Under the pieces are notes generated by a model. It did no database searches. It was given only the letters and a program-made list of their open reading frames with translations, and was not told where the DNA came from. The translations under genes and the position numbers were made by a program. A stretch of DNA of 58,548 bases, counting the filler, from Platydemus manokwari (taxonomy: Eukaryota), in assembly GCA_037951405.1 (NCBI GenBank). It is 4 parts of 4 records of this genome, joined end to end, with 100 filler letters (N's around TTAATTAATTAA, not from the genome) between each part and the next. Parts side by side here need not be neighbours in the genome. Positions count along the whole stretch, not along the records: positions 1 to 22,671 come from JBBMOY011233652.1; 3 more parts are not named here. The stretch is one strand, 5' to 3'. Of the stretch, positions 1 through 13,392 are shown piece after piece; position 1 is the stretch's first letter, and every line of letters starts with the position of its first letter.

Positions 1-2880
1 ATATAACAAAAATTAATTCATTACAAAACTCCTCAGTATTCAAAAAAACTGAAATTCCAGAAATCTGAAAATAAAGATCAGAAGGCATTAATAAATAACT
101 GGATGGAATTTTTCAATAAAGAATGCCAAACAGACCAAAAAATGAATTAGCCTTTGTGATAAATGTGTTATAACTGAAACTGATCAGTGGTTCTAGATTC
201 AATCTGACTATTCTCTAATTATGATTGCACGCATCTTTTGTTGTAAACATATTTGTTGAATAATAGTTTACAGAAAAGTAATATATTGAAATCGTGCTTA
301 TTGCGGGTTTCTAATTTCTTGAAATAACAAAAATTAATATTTTCTCCCTAGTTTAAATACTCTTTTCTTGAAACACACTCAATGCGTGCTTAACAAGATC
401 AAGTGTAAGTAGTTAACGACTGTATTAATGGGTATTTAACAGTAACAAAAAATAACAAACCACATGCTTTTTGTTTAAGTGTGTTATTCGAGTTTATTTG
501 GTTTGTTCTGTGTAGACGTTTGTTCCGTATAATTATCACTGATATTGCGTGCACAAATTGTGATAATTGAAACGAATGTTGACTGCACCTAATACAACAA
601 TAATTTAAAGACTTGGTATCACTTGAATAGTGTTTCTATAAACACCCTATTAATTATATGTGCACAGGTCTATGTGAGAGCTTTGACAAGTATGAGGACA
701 TATTATCGGTATTGAAATTGGACAAAATATGCAAAAAGCCAATAATCAAAGTATGCATATTACAAAATTATCTAAATTAACTGTGTGAGGTTTAAAATTT
801 AAATTGACTTATTTTACTAAATTATTAAATTTAATTTAAAAAGTTGAATTTAATATTTTAAAACAAAGAATATTTTTAATTAATTATTTTAAAAAATATT
901 TATGATTTATATATTGCTCAGACCGTTACTGTGTAACCTCTCAAAATGTTTTAAAAAATTATTCATAAAATTTAAATGTGTTTAAAAAGATGTTTTATAA
1001 AAAACGGAATTTTTAAAAGACAGAATATTTGTTTGAATAATGTCTTATATGAAAACATATTTTTTGCACTTGAAGTTATGAGTTTTCAATACAACCTTAA
1101 AAGCGACGAAGTGTTAGCCACTAACAAACTGCAAAAACTTTGCACGGAACACTAAGTTGCTAATGCTCTAACTATGTGATACATTTTAACAATAATAATA
1201 AAACTGACGATCAAATCAACTCTATTGATGATAAACGTTTATTTTGAATTAAAAAGGAACAAAACAAAAATACTAAATTTCAACAAATAAAATATCCTAC
1301 AGATTGGATAAGGTGTCAGACGCATAGCATCTTGTAAAATATGGTGATAATTTAAAATTCTAAGTTAGATAATAAGAGAATTTTTAGTCTATGGATCCTT
1401 GTTCTTGATTTATCCTGACAAAACAAATATTATAGAACAACAATGCAATTTGTCTCCGAAATTCCAGCAAAAAACAACAGAAGGCAAGTAAAAAAAAAGA
1501 AATTTAGCATGTGAATTGAATATAATTTATAAATTATAGTTGTATTATTTTGATTATAATTTTTTTTTAGTTTTTTTAAACATTATGAATACTATTAGAG
1601 ATTTTCACTACTTTCTGGAATCGATTAGTAGTTGTAGTGCTAAAAATCAATCTGTTACCTAAAAATTTCATCTGCGTTTTTAGTTATAAAATTTTCAAAT
1701 TTATTCGTCGTTTTCAAATGACATACTAACCAAAACATTCAAAAGTGAACTCTTTTTGTTTATTATTCAATTTTTAGAAATTCTCTCAATGAACATTTTA
1801 CAATTAAACTTTATGTCTTTCTTTTTTACTGGGTCAACTTTGACTCCTCTTCAGTAAATCTCCAATCAATTAAAGAAATCAAGATATACTTTTAAGTTCA
1901 AAACAATAAGAATTATTAGTATATAAAAGCCACACTCATATAAATCCTTCGATTACTGTAAATCATTGATTCCGAGGCATGATTTGGAGATTCTAATATA
2001 ATAATAACTTGAGACCTTGTGCCGTTTGTCATGTTTTTTGTAATATTCGTTTTTTGACACTATTGTTATAACCATGATAGTTTATTCATCGGGAGTTTTC
2101 CAGTAAATGAGTTTCAAATCAAAATTTAATTGGTTTACTATATATTTTGTTTTAATTGTTTAAGAATTAATTATTTATTTGTATCAAATATTTTCTTAAT
2201 TGTCTCTTTACTATTATATCATTAGCACATTATTTGACTTTTAACTTTGGTTCTCTCTTTCTAAAAGTTTAAAACAATTATTAGAACATTTATACGCCAA
2301 AGCATTTAAGCATACCATATTGTTTTTGCTCTAGGTTCTATATTTACACACGGAAATAAAATAATGTGAGATACAAAGATAAAATACTGTTAAACACGAT
2401 ATATCAGTGATTGTTTGAAGTTCAAAATTACTTTGGGATTTGCAATCTAATTATTGATACACTTGAACACATGACGTGTGAAAAAAGAATTTAATTAAAC
2501 ATTATTTTAAAACTAACATAATTACTCTTCAAATATAAATAATTTAGATATAAAATTTTCAAAAAAATAGTTTATCTTTAAACTACATTATAACTTATAT
2601 CATATTCTAAATTTACATTAATTTTAGAAATATATTTCAAATTAGTGTTACAGTTTATAACGTAACTATATTAGGCTTGTTTATATATTGTAAAAACAGT
2701 CACATAATTTAAATACTAGTTAGATCATCTTATTAAGATTATCTTAATAAGGTTATCTTGTTATTAACTTTATTTATGCGTATTTGTGCTTTATCTTCTT
2801 ATTTCATATCCGATCTATATATATTTCATAGTTGAGGTGGGTATTTTTATTTCTTTAGTTAATTAATTTAACTTATTTAG

Positions 2881-3672
2881 ATGTCAAATTTTGTAAATAG
2901 AAATTTCATATCTTTAAACTGCAATTTTGAAAATGATTTCCAAGACTTATCGCTGTCTTTGCGACGTCATTCGAAGATAGATTTAAGATTAAATCAACTG
3001 CTTCAAGAAATACAACATATTTTGACAATTAATTCAGATTCATCTTTACTGAAGTGTGAAAAATTATTATTCCAACTCCATCAAACTTTAGATCGAAAAA
3101 ATAGTAACTGTGATAAAATAAATGAATGTTTGCAGAAAAATTTTTGTAACTTCAAATTAAATATTAACAAAACATCAGTTGGAATGAATAATGATGACAA
3201 AGCGGAAACATCTGAAAGCAATGTCTGTTCAAGTCAGAAGTCTCGAGAAAATCAAGATAAATTAAAAACTGGAAATGTGGTAAGCTTTGAAAGAAAGAAA
3301 CATATTGTGAAAAAGGATAGAAGTCGTCGTAGTTTACGAATTATAACTCAATCGAAATCAGTAACAAAGCCAATATCAAAATTTAAACGGTCTGCCTTAG
3401 GTCGATACCATCATTTGGAACGAATGTCTTCAAATCGTTCGAACAGTTTGTTGCATTGTAATACTACTAGTCGCCGTTACACTGAAAATAGCAAGAAGAG
3501 CAACAAAGAAAATGTTTATTGTTTTTGCAAAAAGGGAGCTTTTGGTAAAATGATAGCTTGTGACAATAGCAGCTGTAAAATCGAGTGGTTTCATAATAAA
3601 TGTGTCAATGTTACAGACGTTCCCAACGGTGAATGGTTTTGTCCTGAGTGTCGACCATTAATATTGTTGTAG
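2881..3672 (+). CDS. ING (inhibitor of growth)-family PHD-finger protein
   Basis: The C-terminal VYCFCKKGAFGKMIACDNSSCKIEWFHNKCVNVTDVPNGEWFCPEC is an ING-type PHD finger (C4HC3, MIACDN..C.IEWFH). It is preceded by a basic NLS-like region and a helical N-terminus. A candidate 44-nt GT-AG intron (2837-2880) abuts the ATG, so a short upstream exon is possible. Confidence 0.9.
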   Translation: MSNFVNRNFISLNCNFENDFQDLSLSLRRHSKIDLRLNQLLQEIQHILTINSDSSLLKCEKLLFQLHQTLDRKNSNCDKINECLQKNFCNFKLNINKTSVGMNNDDKAETSESNVCSSQKSRENQDKLKTGNVVSFERKKHIVKKDRSRRSLRIITQSKSVTKPISKFKRSALGRYHHLERMSSNRSNSLLHCNTTSRRYTENSKKSNKENVYCFCKKGAFGKMIACDNSSCKIEWFHNKCVNVTDVPNGEWFCPECRPLILL

Positions 3673-4049
3673 ATTATGAATTTTTTTTGTAGTATTTTAT
3701 TGAAATTTCAGAATTATTTTTTCTCTTTAATAGATTGCATATTTTCTGCTCTTCCTTAATAAATTGTGCAAATGATCCGAAAATATTCGTTTTTTTTCTG
3801 TGTTTGTATTTCATGAGATTGTTTATATTCATCATGCTAATTTTCTAGTATGACAATGCTGCTGTTTATTTGTGTTTTATGTGATGACTAAACCTTGTTT
3901 GTACCATATTTCAAAATTTTGTCTTAATCAGAAATTAAAACAAAGTTATTGATTTTATTTTATTAATTAAGAAAAAATATACGTGAAATGATTGGTCTTT
4001 ATTTTTAGTGTGATTTTATCAGATTAATATTATTTTCATTTTAGGTCTG

Positions 4050-5130
4050 GAATTTTGAGCCAGTTTCTTGTTGTTTCGTTGACAAGAAATTAATTATTGA
4101 CCATAGCAATATATTTGAGCATTTTGATAATACTTTTTAATTACAAATATTTGGTTTATTTAATTAATGATAATTTATTTAATGAAACAACTGGGAAATA
4201 CTTTGAATATCTGTGTGTGTTATTAGATCAAGTCTGATTGAAATTTTTTTAATAACATGAAATTGGTGTTCTACATCAGATAAAGCAATTTTCCGTAGCT
4301 GTAAAGTTTCAGTTTAGAGAAATCTACTGTCAGCAAGATATTTTCAAGGTTATGCACACTGATTGAAGGAATGTTTTTATTAAATCAAATCTTTGTCGAT
4401 ATTGGATGTAATTGGTCTTAATATATAAATCAATCCCCTGTACTGAAATATAATCACATTTGGTTGAGAATTCATTGTTTAATAATTTATTATTTACTTC
4501 AGTTCACATGACGTAATCTGACAGTGTAAATTGAATTTCTTTAAGAATATCACATGACCTTCAGTCAGATTAATGGTTGTCGTGACGACGGTCATTTCAG
4601 TCGAAACTCAAGCAATGACATCGATTCATCAAGGTCATCTCAGTGAAAAAAATTTGAGTATAATTATGTTGATATGTGGTTTTTGTTCTCATCTAGTTTC
4701 CCGATTTTTTTTCCATTTCATATGATTATCTGAAGATCTTTATGTTCATATTCAACTCTAAAGTATTGGCATGGTGAAAAATGTCGGCAGGGAAATTTCA
4801 AATTTAAATTTGAGTTTCTAATAATCTTCAGCGAAAAAATTCGACTAATTAGAGACAATCAAGTCATTGATATGTCGAAATATTTTACTTTCAGACAAAC
4901 GATGATTTCTCAATCAAATTTCAACTCAAAACAAATCAATTTTTCAAAACAACTCTGTCGACTTAACAAGTCTGGATTTGTAAAATAATATGATTAATGA
5001 GATTCCAAAATAGAATTGAGAATCTTCAAATCATTTTATTAATTCTAAATGAATTTGTTTTTTGAGAAATCTTTCATATGATATTATTTGCTTTGGGAAA
5101 GACTTTGATAAATTTAAATGCGATAAAATA
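4050..5130 (+). pseudogene. Decayed leucine-rich-repeat (LRR) gene remnant
   Basis: Hand translation near 4905-5010 gives FLNQISTQNKSIFQNNSVDLTSLDL*NNMINEIPK*, an LxxLxLxxNxI LRR consensus. Near 4440-4490 there is LKYNHI/VENSLFNNL across a frameshift. Many stops; boundaries are approximate. Confidence 0.45.
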
Positions 5131-7399
5131 CATCAATTTGTTCCAGACATGAAAATTTATTTAAGATTTATTACTTTAATAATTTAATTAAAAACCATGG
5201 TTTAATCAATAAACTGGGCAGCATTTCCAACTTAAATTAAACGGTACTTGAATAAATGAGCTTATGTAGAGATTATTATGGAATTAAATGTTAAATTATT
5301 ATAATTGTTTTAATAAATTATAATTTTTGAAGAAAAATTAATATTAGGTTGAGTTTGATTTATAAAGTAAGTTATATTATTTTACAAATGTAAGCCGATA
5401 ATTTTAACTTATCAGTTTATTCAACATCCAATGACTTACAAATTATTAATCTCGAGATTTTATTTATTGAAACATTATTATCAATAAATAAATCACGTAA
5501 GATTTGTAACGGTTTTGTGAGTTATCCTGAGATGAGCCATAAAATTATACAATATGAAATATAAAAATGTTTATTTATCGAAAAACCATTCGTCTTTCAA
5601 AAATGTTTTATTTGTAACTGATAATATGATTTAAAAAATTTGTTGATATCAAGAATAGCCAATTGTTGTTATTGTAATTTAAAAAGAATAACAAGCTTAG
5701 AAATGGATGTTACGGGAAAAATAAATGTGCGAATTTAAAACACAAATTATAAACAAATTTTGCCATAGTGAGAGTAGAGAGAAAAAGGACAAGCCCATGT
5801 GACATACTTACAATTAGAAAACTATATATGAATAATTCCCACGGGCAGTTAGACGCACACAAGTTCCGACATTTTATAATATAATCAGATTATTTTAAAG
5901 AAATTTATTAAATTTGTTTTTATTACTGTTCCTTCAATATTGACGACATTGAAAATATCCAAAAAATTTCCAATACATTCAAATAACTTCCTCACAGAAT
6001 CTGTAGAACCTTATGCCAATAATGAGAAAATTTTCTTTTATTATTAAATTTAAGAACTTGATTAGATTAGAACTGAGAACTCATAAAAAGTCACATTTTT
6101 TTTTAAAAAAGAGCTTCCGGTTTTACTTAAAACTAAGATTTTTGAAAAAAAATCAAATCAGAAGGAAATTGAACTGAGATAAAACAATAAACGTGAATTA
6201 ATAAAGTAACTAATGATAACACAAAACAGATTTTCCAACTTCCAAAGGTAGAACGAAGTTAATCAGACGTCGTTAAAACGAATAAAACGCAACTAAATTA
6301 ATGTTAACTTTAGACAGAAGAAGAATGGTAGCATTTTTATCGAACGTATAAACTAAAACTAAAATAGTAACATGGAAAATAGAAATATTACTAAAAATAA
6401 AAGCAAAACCCAAATTAGCAACAAATGACTCTTATCTCAAAAAAAACAGTTTAATGGGGATATAAAAACCAAACACTAAATTCATTTTACTACAATTCCA
6501 TGCATGAATATTACAGTAAAATTGTAGCATGTTACTGTGGGATAAAATTTTAATCGAAACATTTAATTTCAACACGATAGAAAACATATCAAAAATTTGG
6601 AATACAATTCTGAACTTTATCATTGTGAAAAATTGAAAATCCTCAAAACATCTAGATAATTTCAGCATATATGATCTAGTGTATTTAGCTCAGTATTTTT
6701 ATTCAAAGTAAAAGTCTGATGTTAACTGTAATTTGATTAAAGATTTCAACTATCACATGGATATCTCAATGCTTATCCGGAAATTTTTAAATAAATAAGT
6801 TTCTACTTCACATTACATCAGTTTTCATTTTGTTTAAGGCTAGGGTTTCCGACTACCTAATACGAAACACTCTTCCTCTCTTTGGAAGGCCTCATATTTA
6901 TTAATAAAGTACAAAGAATCTTTAGAAAAAATTATTGTTATATAGTATTCTTAATCATTTAATTTTTTATCACTGGTTTTGTGAATTTCATCATCCGATT
7001 TGTTTTTATGTTTATGATTTGATCTATATTTTTACTGTAAAATGTTTTTAATATTCACAACAATCACATAGAAATAATCAGATATTTAGTAAGTTTATTA
7101 TTAAGTATTAAGTACTTCTAAACACCATAAATTAATTATCGTTGAATCCTATTTGTGATTTGGCAAAGATTCTTGACCTGACTTATTTTTTTTGACAATG
7201 TTAATTGATTTAAAAATTCTACATTTCAGTGATTTAAGTTGCGAGTTCTACACATTAAACAAATGCATTAGTCGTGGTCAATAAGTTTAAGTCCGTAAAT
7301 ACATTTTAAAATTGAGGTTCTAATAAAAAATTACCAAGATTCAACTAGATTCTTATTATATGCTATTGTAGTGCATTCAGTTCGGTTTATTTTCCAAGG

Positions 7400-7660
7400 A
7401 CTTCTGATCTTTATATGAAGATCCAGTCTAGTATGAAGTTAACCATTATTAAAATATTGCTGAACTTGTTGAATTCGCTATTTAAGTATGATTTTTCACT
7501 ATAAATTTGTTGAACTCCTAATATCAAATCGAAGGCGTGTCTGAGATGTGCAAAACCAAATGCGAGGTTCTTATGCTCACCAAATAATTTCTTAATCAAT
7601 CAACAATCATGACCATACATTGTCCCAATAAAATTATCAGACAGATATCGTAAATTGTTA
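7400..7660 (-). mobile_element. Possible hAT-like transposase remnant
   Basis: The minus frame reads YLSDNFIGTMYGHDC*LIKKLFGEHKNLAFGFAHLRHAFDLIL, loosely resembling the hAT D..M.G...(C..H.L.L) region. Degenerate. Confidence 0.3.
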
Positions 7661-8099
7661 TTATAGAAAATGGTTTAAATGATTACTGAAGAGACAACGA
7701 TTTCCAATTGATAAATATATTGATATCCAATTATGGTAAACAGGAAAAATCAACGGAAACAGTTGGCAACCAAATTCTTGCAGTTGTTCTCTAATAGAAG
7801 AAAAGGATGATCAGATGAGTTGTGGTTAACAATATTAATTTCAAAATTTCACCGTAGTCCAATAAACATTGCAAGGACAAAATTAAAAAAAAATAAAAAT
7901 AATTCATGAGAAAAACAATGAGCAACCTGAAAATAGATTAAATAAAAACCCAAAACATATAAAAGAAACGATCAAGTCAAAAAATAGTCAATAATAATTT
8001 TTAAACCTAAACATTGTGTTTACTGAAAAATTGGGGGGGGGGAAAGAAGAAAGATGGAATAAAAATTAAGTCAAATAATAAAAATAGTGTATATTATTT

Positions 8100-10000
8100 T
8101 GCTCTTTATAGGATTGTTCAAGTTAGATAAAATTTAGATTCGTGCACCAGTTAATCACATCAGTTCGAGACCAAGAAGATCAATCAAGGCTATTGCCTCT
8201 AAATTTTAGAACGATTGTAGAGGAAAACCCATACCACGTAGAGATTATTTGAAACCAGAAGCTTGCTTTTCCAGTGGTGAGCTTGAACGTTAAAACTTTG
8301 AATGTCCAATGAGCACTAAATGTTTATTATATGGAAAAGAATAGCATTCGTTTAGAGAATATCATTAAACCAGAAAGCCTGTATATAATAGTTCGAGGAA
8401 AATTCCGGGTATCCATGATGAGGAAGATGAAGCCGATATTCTAACCAAAGTGAAGCAAGAGATTGTGTTAGCTCACTCTCCATGGAGGAGAAAAAACTGG
8501 CATTAACTTCCTGTGCCTATCTTGTCAGTGGGGTTGATTCAATAAGCCACATATTAGCTAGAGATAGAATAGAAGTAAAAAAGAAAGATGGTAAGAGGAA
8601 GCACTCACGGATGTATCAAAAAGCAGATGGTAAACAGTAGAGTAAAATTGAGTGCAACGGTACACATATTGAAATGTTATCGGATTATGGCTCATTTATA
8701 ACAGTAATGAATGAGAGGAATTGGAGGGGTATTGGAGGGCCGAAAACTTTTAAAAAAGTCTTATGTTCGATTAGCTGGTGTATTCTCGAATAAGGATCCC
8801 AATAGTTTAGAACAACAAAATTCTAGTAAAGGAGATCATTGTGGTAAAAGAAATTTTACAATGATTCACTGGAGGAGTGGATATGATGAAGACTTGTGAA
8901 ATATTCCTTGCAAGGATAGAATCAATTGATACCAAGGACGTGGGAAAGAAATACAGTGACCAAGACAGAATCAAAATTGCACTAAAGAGCATTGCTGATA
9001 AGAATGATATTTCATTAAATAGATGTATAAAAGAAAATCCCTTAATATTTGTGGAGTCTCAGTTCGATTTGGGACTAATAGATTTGGTGAAGCACGAGAT
9101 CCGTACAAAAGTGGAACTTATTACGTAAAACCCCAGAAGGAAAGATTTACCTCTGTCTAAATATGTCACGAAGCATCGAATACGAAGTACGGAATTATGA
9201 GATTTTTGCTAAACGGAAGGTACACACTGGACAGACTTAATAAATTATGATTCCAAGGGAAGAGTTTGATCCATTGGAAAAAATCATTGTTGATGTTACG
9301 CACTTGAGAAATTTATGACTAAAACTAAATATTTGTTAGTTATTGTAGATAGATTCAGCTTGGTGCCACTTATTCGACAATACGAGACAACTATTTCCAA
9401 GTTTCTCATCAATAAATGGATCTATACGTATTGTGTTCCAAAATCAATGCTTACTGGTCGGGGTAGAGTCTTTAAGAGAACGGAAGTTAAGGAATTAACG
9501 ACAGGTTTTGGAATAAAACAAGAATTTACCTCCCCATACCAACACCAGCTGAAAGGATTAACAGGATGGTCCGAGACATGGTGCTAACAACGTTGGCATC
9601 AGAGAAATGGGCTTTGGATTAATTAATACTTCGCATAGAATTGATCACCAATGTAAGATATCAGAGCTCAGTTCGACATTCTCCTTTTGAAATATTGTTT
9701 GGATGAAGAATTAATATGCATGTGTTACGACTAAATGAACCAAACCACCACTATCAGATCATCAAAGAAACGAAGACTAGCTTAAATAAATAGCCACAAA
9801 CTTAAGGAAATTCGATGCTAAAAAAAAAGAAGAAATAACCACACAAGATAAAGATGAACTGAGATCTTTATGAAGGTCCTCACAGAATTTTGAAAATTTT
9901 AAGCTCATATCAAGAGCTTCTTGATTTCAGCGACAACCAAAACCCTCGAAGAATTGGGTGGCTAAAAAAGAACTCAAAAACAACTGGAGAGGGAAGTTAG
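8100..10000 (+). mobile_element. Degenerate Ty3/Gypsy LTR retrotransposon, copy 1 (gag zinc knuckles, protease/linker, integrase; RT/RNaseH deleted)
   Basis: Integrase-core ORF 9315-9587 (YLLVIVDRFS...PKSMLTGRGRVF...FTSPYQHQLKGL). Decayed CCHC knuckles near 8260-8360. Polypurine tract-like GGAGAGGGAAG at about 9986-9996. Clear nucleotide homology to the reverse complement of 34240-34830 and 36090-36690. Confidence 0.85.
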
Positions 10001-11548
10001 ATATATCTTAGACTTGTTTAAATATTCAAGAAAACACGTGTGACTTTTGAAACAATGAATTTTGATGGAAACAACCGATGTTTTTACTGTTTATAAGTGC
10101 ATTAAAAGTGCATTAGAAAACTAAAAAAACTTATACTGTTAAAACATTTCAGTTTCCTATCTTTGGCGAAGCTACATAGGAAAGATTTTTATATCTCCTT
10201 AACAATTTCTTGGGTCTGGTTTATCAATAATCTAAGTATTTTTAATTTAACAATTATCGATAAATTGAATTCATCTAAAACTTTTACTTAACCAACTAAA
10301 TTTTTTATCAATTATTTGTTGATATTATTGTAATTTTAATCAAAGAATTGTCTCGTGACCACAAGCATTTCATCGACGAGGGTGCACTTATAACACAATT
10401 TGGCTTAAATTAAGAAAATGGTACTTTGACCTAGTTTTAATGTACTGACTTTTCGCTTACTATTTAATTTCAAATTTGTTTATAATGATATTTTTGCCAA
10501 ATTTTGACTTAAAATTCAATTTTAGACAAAAAAATAATAAAAACAATCAAATTCTTTCAAACAAATCACAATTTAATGATGATTCCAAAGCTTTAAATAT
10601 AAATTAATACTTTAATTTTTACATTTATTTTACAATACTTTTATCTTGGTAAGTCACATCCAGACATTGAAATAGCAAGAAGACATCAAAAAATCATCAA
10701 ATTTTATAAAACAATAAGATATAAATAGTTAGTTTTATTTTTAACTTTTTATTATTTTTGTGAAAGTTGATGTATTTGTTGATATCTCAAATTTTATGAT
10801 GTCGAATATGAGCTCAAGAGAATTATAAACCAAGATCATATTATAATTACAACTCTTCTAAGTTATTTTTTCAACAAATTGGAACTCGACCTAGTTTGAT
10901 TCGGTTTTTCAAATAATCAAATTGTAGGAGATTTTAAAGTTCTAGTCTATTTAATATTTGATTTCCAACAACTAAAATTCTTCTTAAGCGCTTGAATAAA
11001 AAGTTTTCAATGTTTTCGTAGAATATAATCAAAAAAACCTATATAGATTTTTGCAATGCACTCAAGAAATTAGAAATTTTATTTTAGGACCTCTTTTCTT
11101 AACTTTGATATGATATTAAAAACGATATGATATTAAAAATACGTCTGATTTATAGCTGCAAACTCATCTTTGGGTGAGGAACTCCACAGGTTTAACAATT
11201 ACTTAATCTTTGCGGATGTAATACCTAACTTGAAGTTCATATTAATTACATAAACATCTATTGAGATCTTTCTTCAATACTTATAGAAAAACCTATTTTA
11301 ATTAACCATAAAGGCATTTCAAAAACGCTTCATTTTCCGTTTATCGTTATCAGGAACACTAGATACAGGAAAAATTTGAAATCATTACTGCTCCTTGGTT
11401 GGACAGAAGAATCGAAATTAAATTAAGAACTTCTTTTCAAATAGACTTCTCTAAAAGCTATCAAAATATAAATATTTATATCGAGTGAGTTGAAATCTCA
11501 CAAAAGAAGTTTTAGCACTTTAAGCACTTGTGCTTACACAACCATACA

Positions 11549-11991
11549 GGTATGAAAATTAATAAATCATAATTGACTTATATCGAAAACGATAATTGGA
11601 AAAGGGACAACCCCACAACAATGCACATATAACGATTGACCAATTGCACATACACAAACCACTAAGTTCAATAGAAACATGAGAAGATAAAGATCAAATC
11701 AAAATGTGATACAAACTCGACACAGATCTCGAGTATATAAATACCGATATAAACAGGGTCAACTGCCAGTTGAAAATAAATTTTTGGTTAAGTTTTTTGA
11801 AACACTGTATTGGTTTTTAGAGTCTTACTGATTAGTACGTGAGCCAGTTGATATCCAAGTTTTGGTTGTATTTTTGTGATACTTTGTGAGTCGTACTGTT
11901 TATTACTTGAGTTAGAAATAAAGTTTGCATCCTTCAATTTTAGGAGTCAGTAATTATTTGGCTATTCAGAATTGAAACCCCAAAATTTACA
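11549..11991 (+). mobile_element. Candidate solo LTR
   Basis: About 440 nt, with an A/C-rich first half, a TATA-like TATATAAATA (~11733), a T/G-rich second half with AATAAA, and a ...TTACA end. The flanks TACA/TAGA resemble a 4-bp TSD with one mismatch. The 5' TG is degenerate. Confidence 0.4.
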
Positions 11992-13392
11992 TAGAACATT
12001 TGGCAACACAAATTATTTCCAATCCACAATTAAATTTAATAATTTGATAAATCATTTTTATTCGTGATTTTAAAATTTAAAATCATTCGATAAATTTCAA
12101 TTTTTTTATTTCAGTGATTCCAATAATTTATCATTAAAATAAAAATAATTTTTAATTAAAAAATATAAACCTTCGGTAATTCAATCCAAATTAAAACCAA
12201 TTGATCAATGTATTTTGATAAAGCACATTTCCCGTGAATGATTAAATTTATCTTTAATTCCGATTATAATTGATTAACTGTTAGATTATTTGGTACAAAT
12301 AAGTTGCTTATTCAATGAAAATCAAAACTTGTACGAAAAATTTTACATTTATTTTTGTGAGTGGAATAATTCTCTTTCTAAGAGGAATTTATTAATATTT
12401 AATTATCTATTGAAAATGTTGTAGGATAAAATAAATATTTACCAATAGAATTACGCCTGATTTCAATTCAAAAGCTTCATATAAACTTCATAACCAATTT
12501 AAAGCACACTTCATTTCAAGAACATTCTTCATTTCGAAACAATTCACATCTGGTTAAGTCAAAGATTTGTGGATAAATTATTGATCTACTTAGAGAAGTA
12601 TTCGGTTGGACAATAGATTATAGTTTGTTGACTTATTTGTGTACTTTACATCGTTCTTATTTGATCTTAACGCCAGTATGCACGTGGTAAATTTAATATA
12701 ATAACTAGCATCCTTTAATGTATTATCATTTATATTTTAAGCTTTAGTGTATATAATAAATTGATCAACAAATTCGGATCAATATGTTATTGATATTATT
12801 TTATTAGTACACCAGAGTATAAAATAAGCTTGTATTACTCATGATGGTTGTCATTTATTTATTCATCTCAAATTATTAAATATCAATGATACATTTTTTA
12901 ATTTAATTTGTTAACTTTTTGATCAGTACGAGAAAACATTCGGTTATTGATTTATGTAATTCATTAATATCTTAACGAGTTTCAATTGATTAACTTTTGG
13001 TTTCCCACTAATGTGCAATTAGACCAATTTTCAAAGAATCACTTTCTGAGATTTCAAAGCTCTAGTTGATTCAATTCTTTATTTCAAATTTCTAAGATTA
13101 TTATTTCTATTACTTAAATCGAAAATTCAAAATGCATTTAATCAAAATATTAGTAAAACACTCAACAAATTTCAAATTCCATGCATGACGAGTTAAATTA
13201 ATTATAGCCAATAGAAATGCAGTGGAACACACATCATTGATATATGTTGCCAATGGAAGATCATTAACATCAAATATAACAGAAAATATGAATCCAAATT
13301 AAATTTTCTCAAAACATCAATCCGTTTACAACAATCAATATATTTATCACACGCATAATTATAGAATATTAAAACCCAAAAATAGAATTCAA

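Noticed and set aside
2729-2751. Perfect 11-bp inverted repeat upstream of ING
   Set aside because: It is almost all A/T, so it is plausible by chance in this composition, and there is no supporting evidence.
4810-4832. CTGAAGA...GAAAC on the minus strand, and CTGATGAG at ~52945, as hammerhead ribozymes
   Set aside because: No proper stem II or flanking stems can be drawn.
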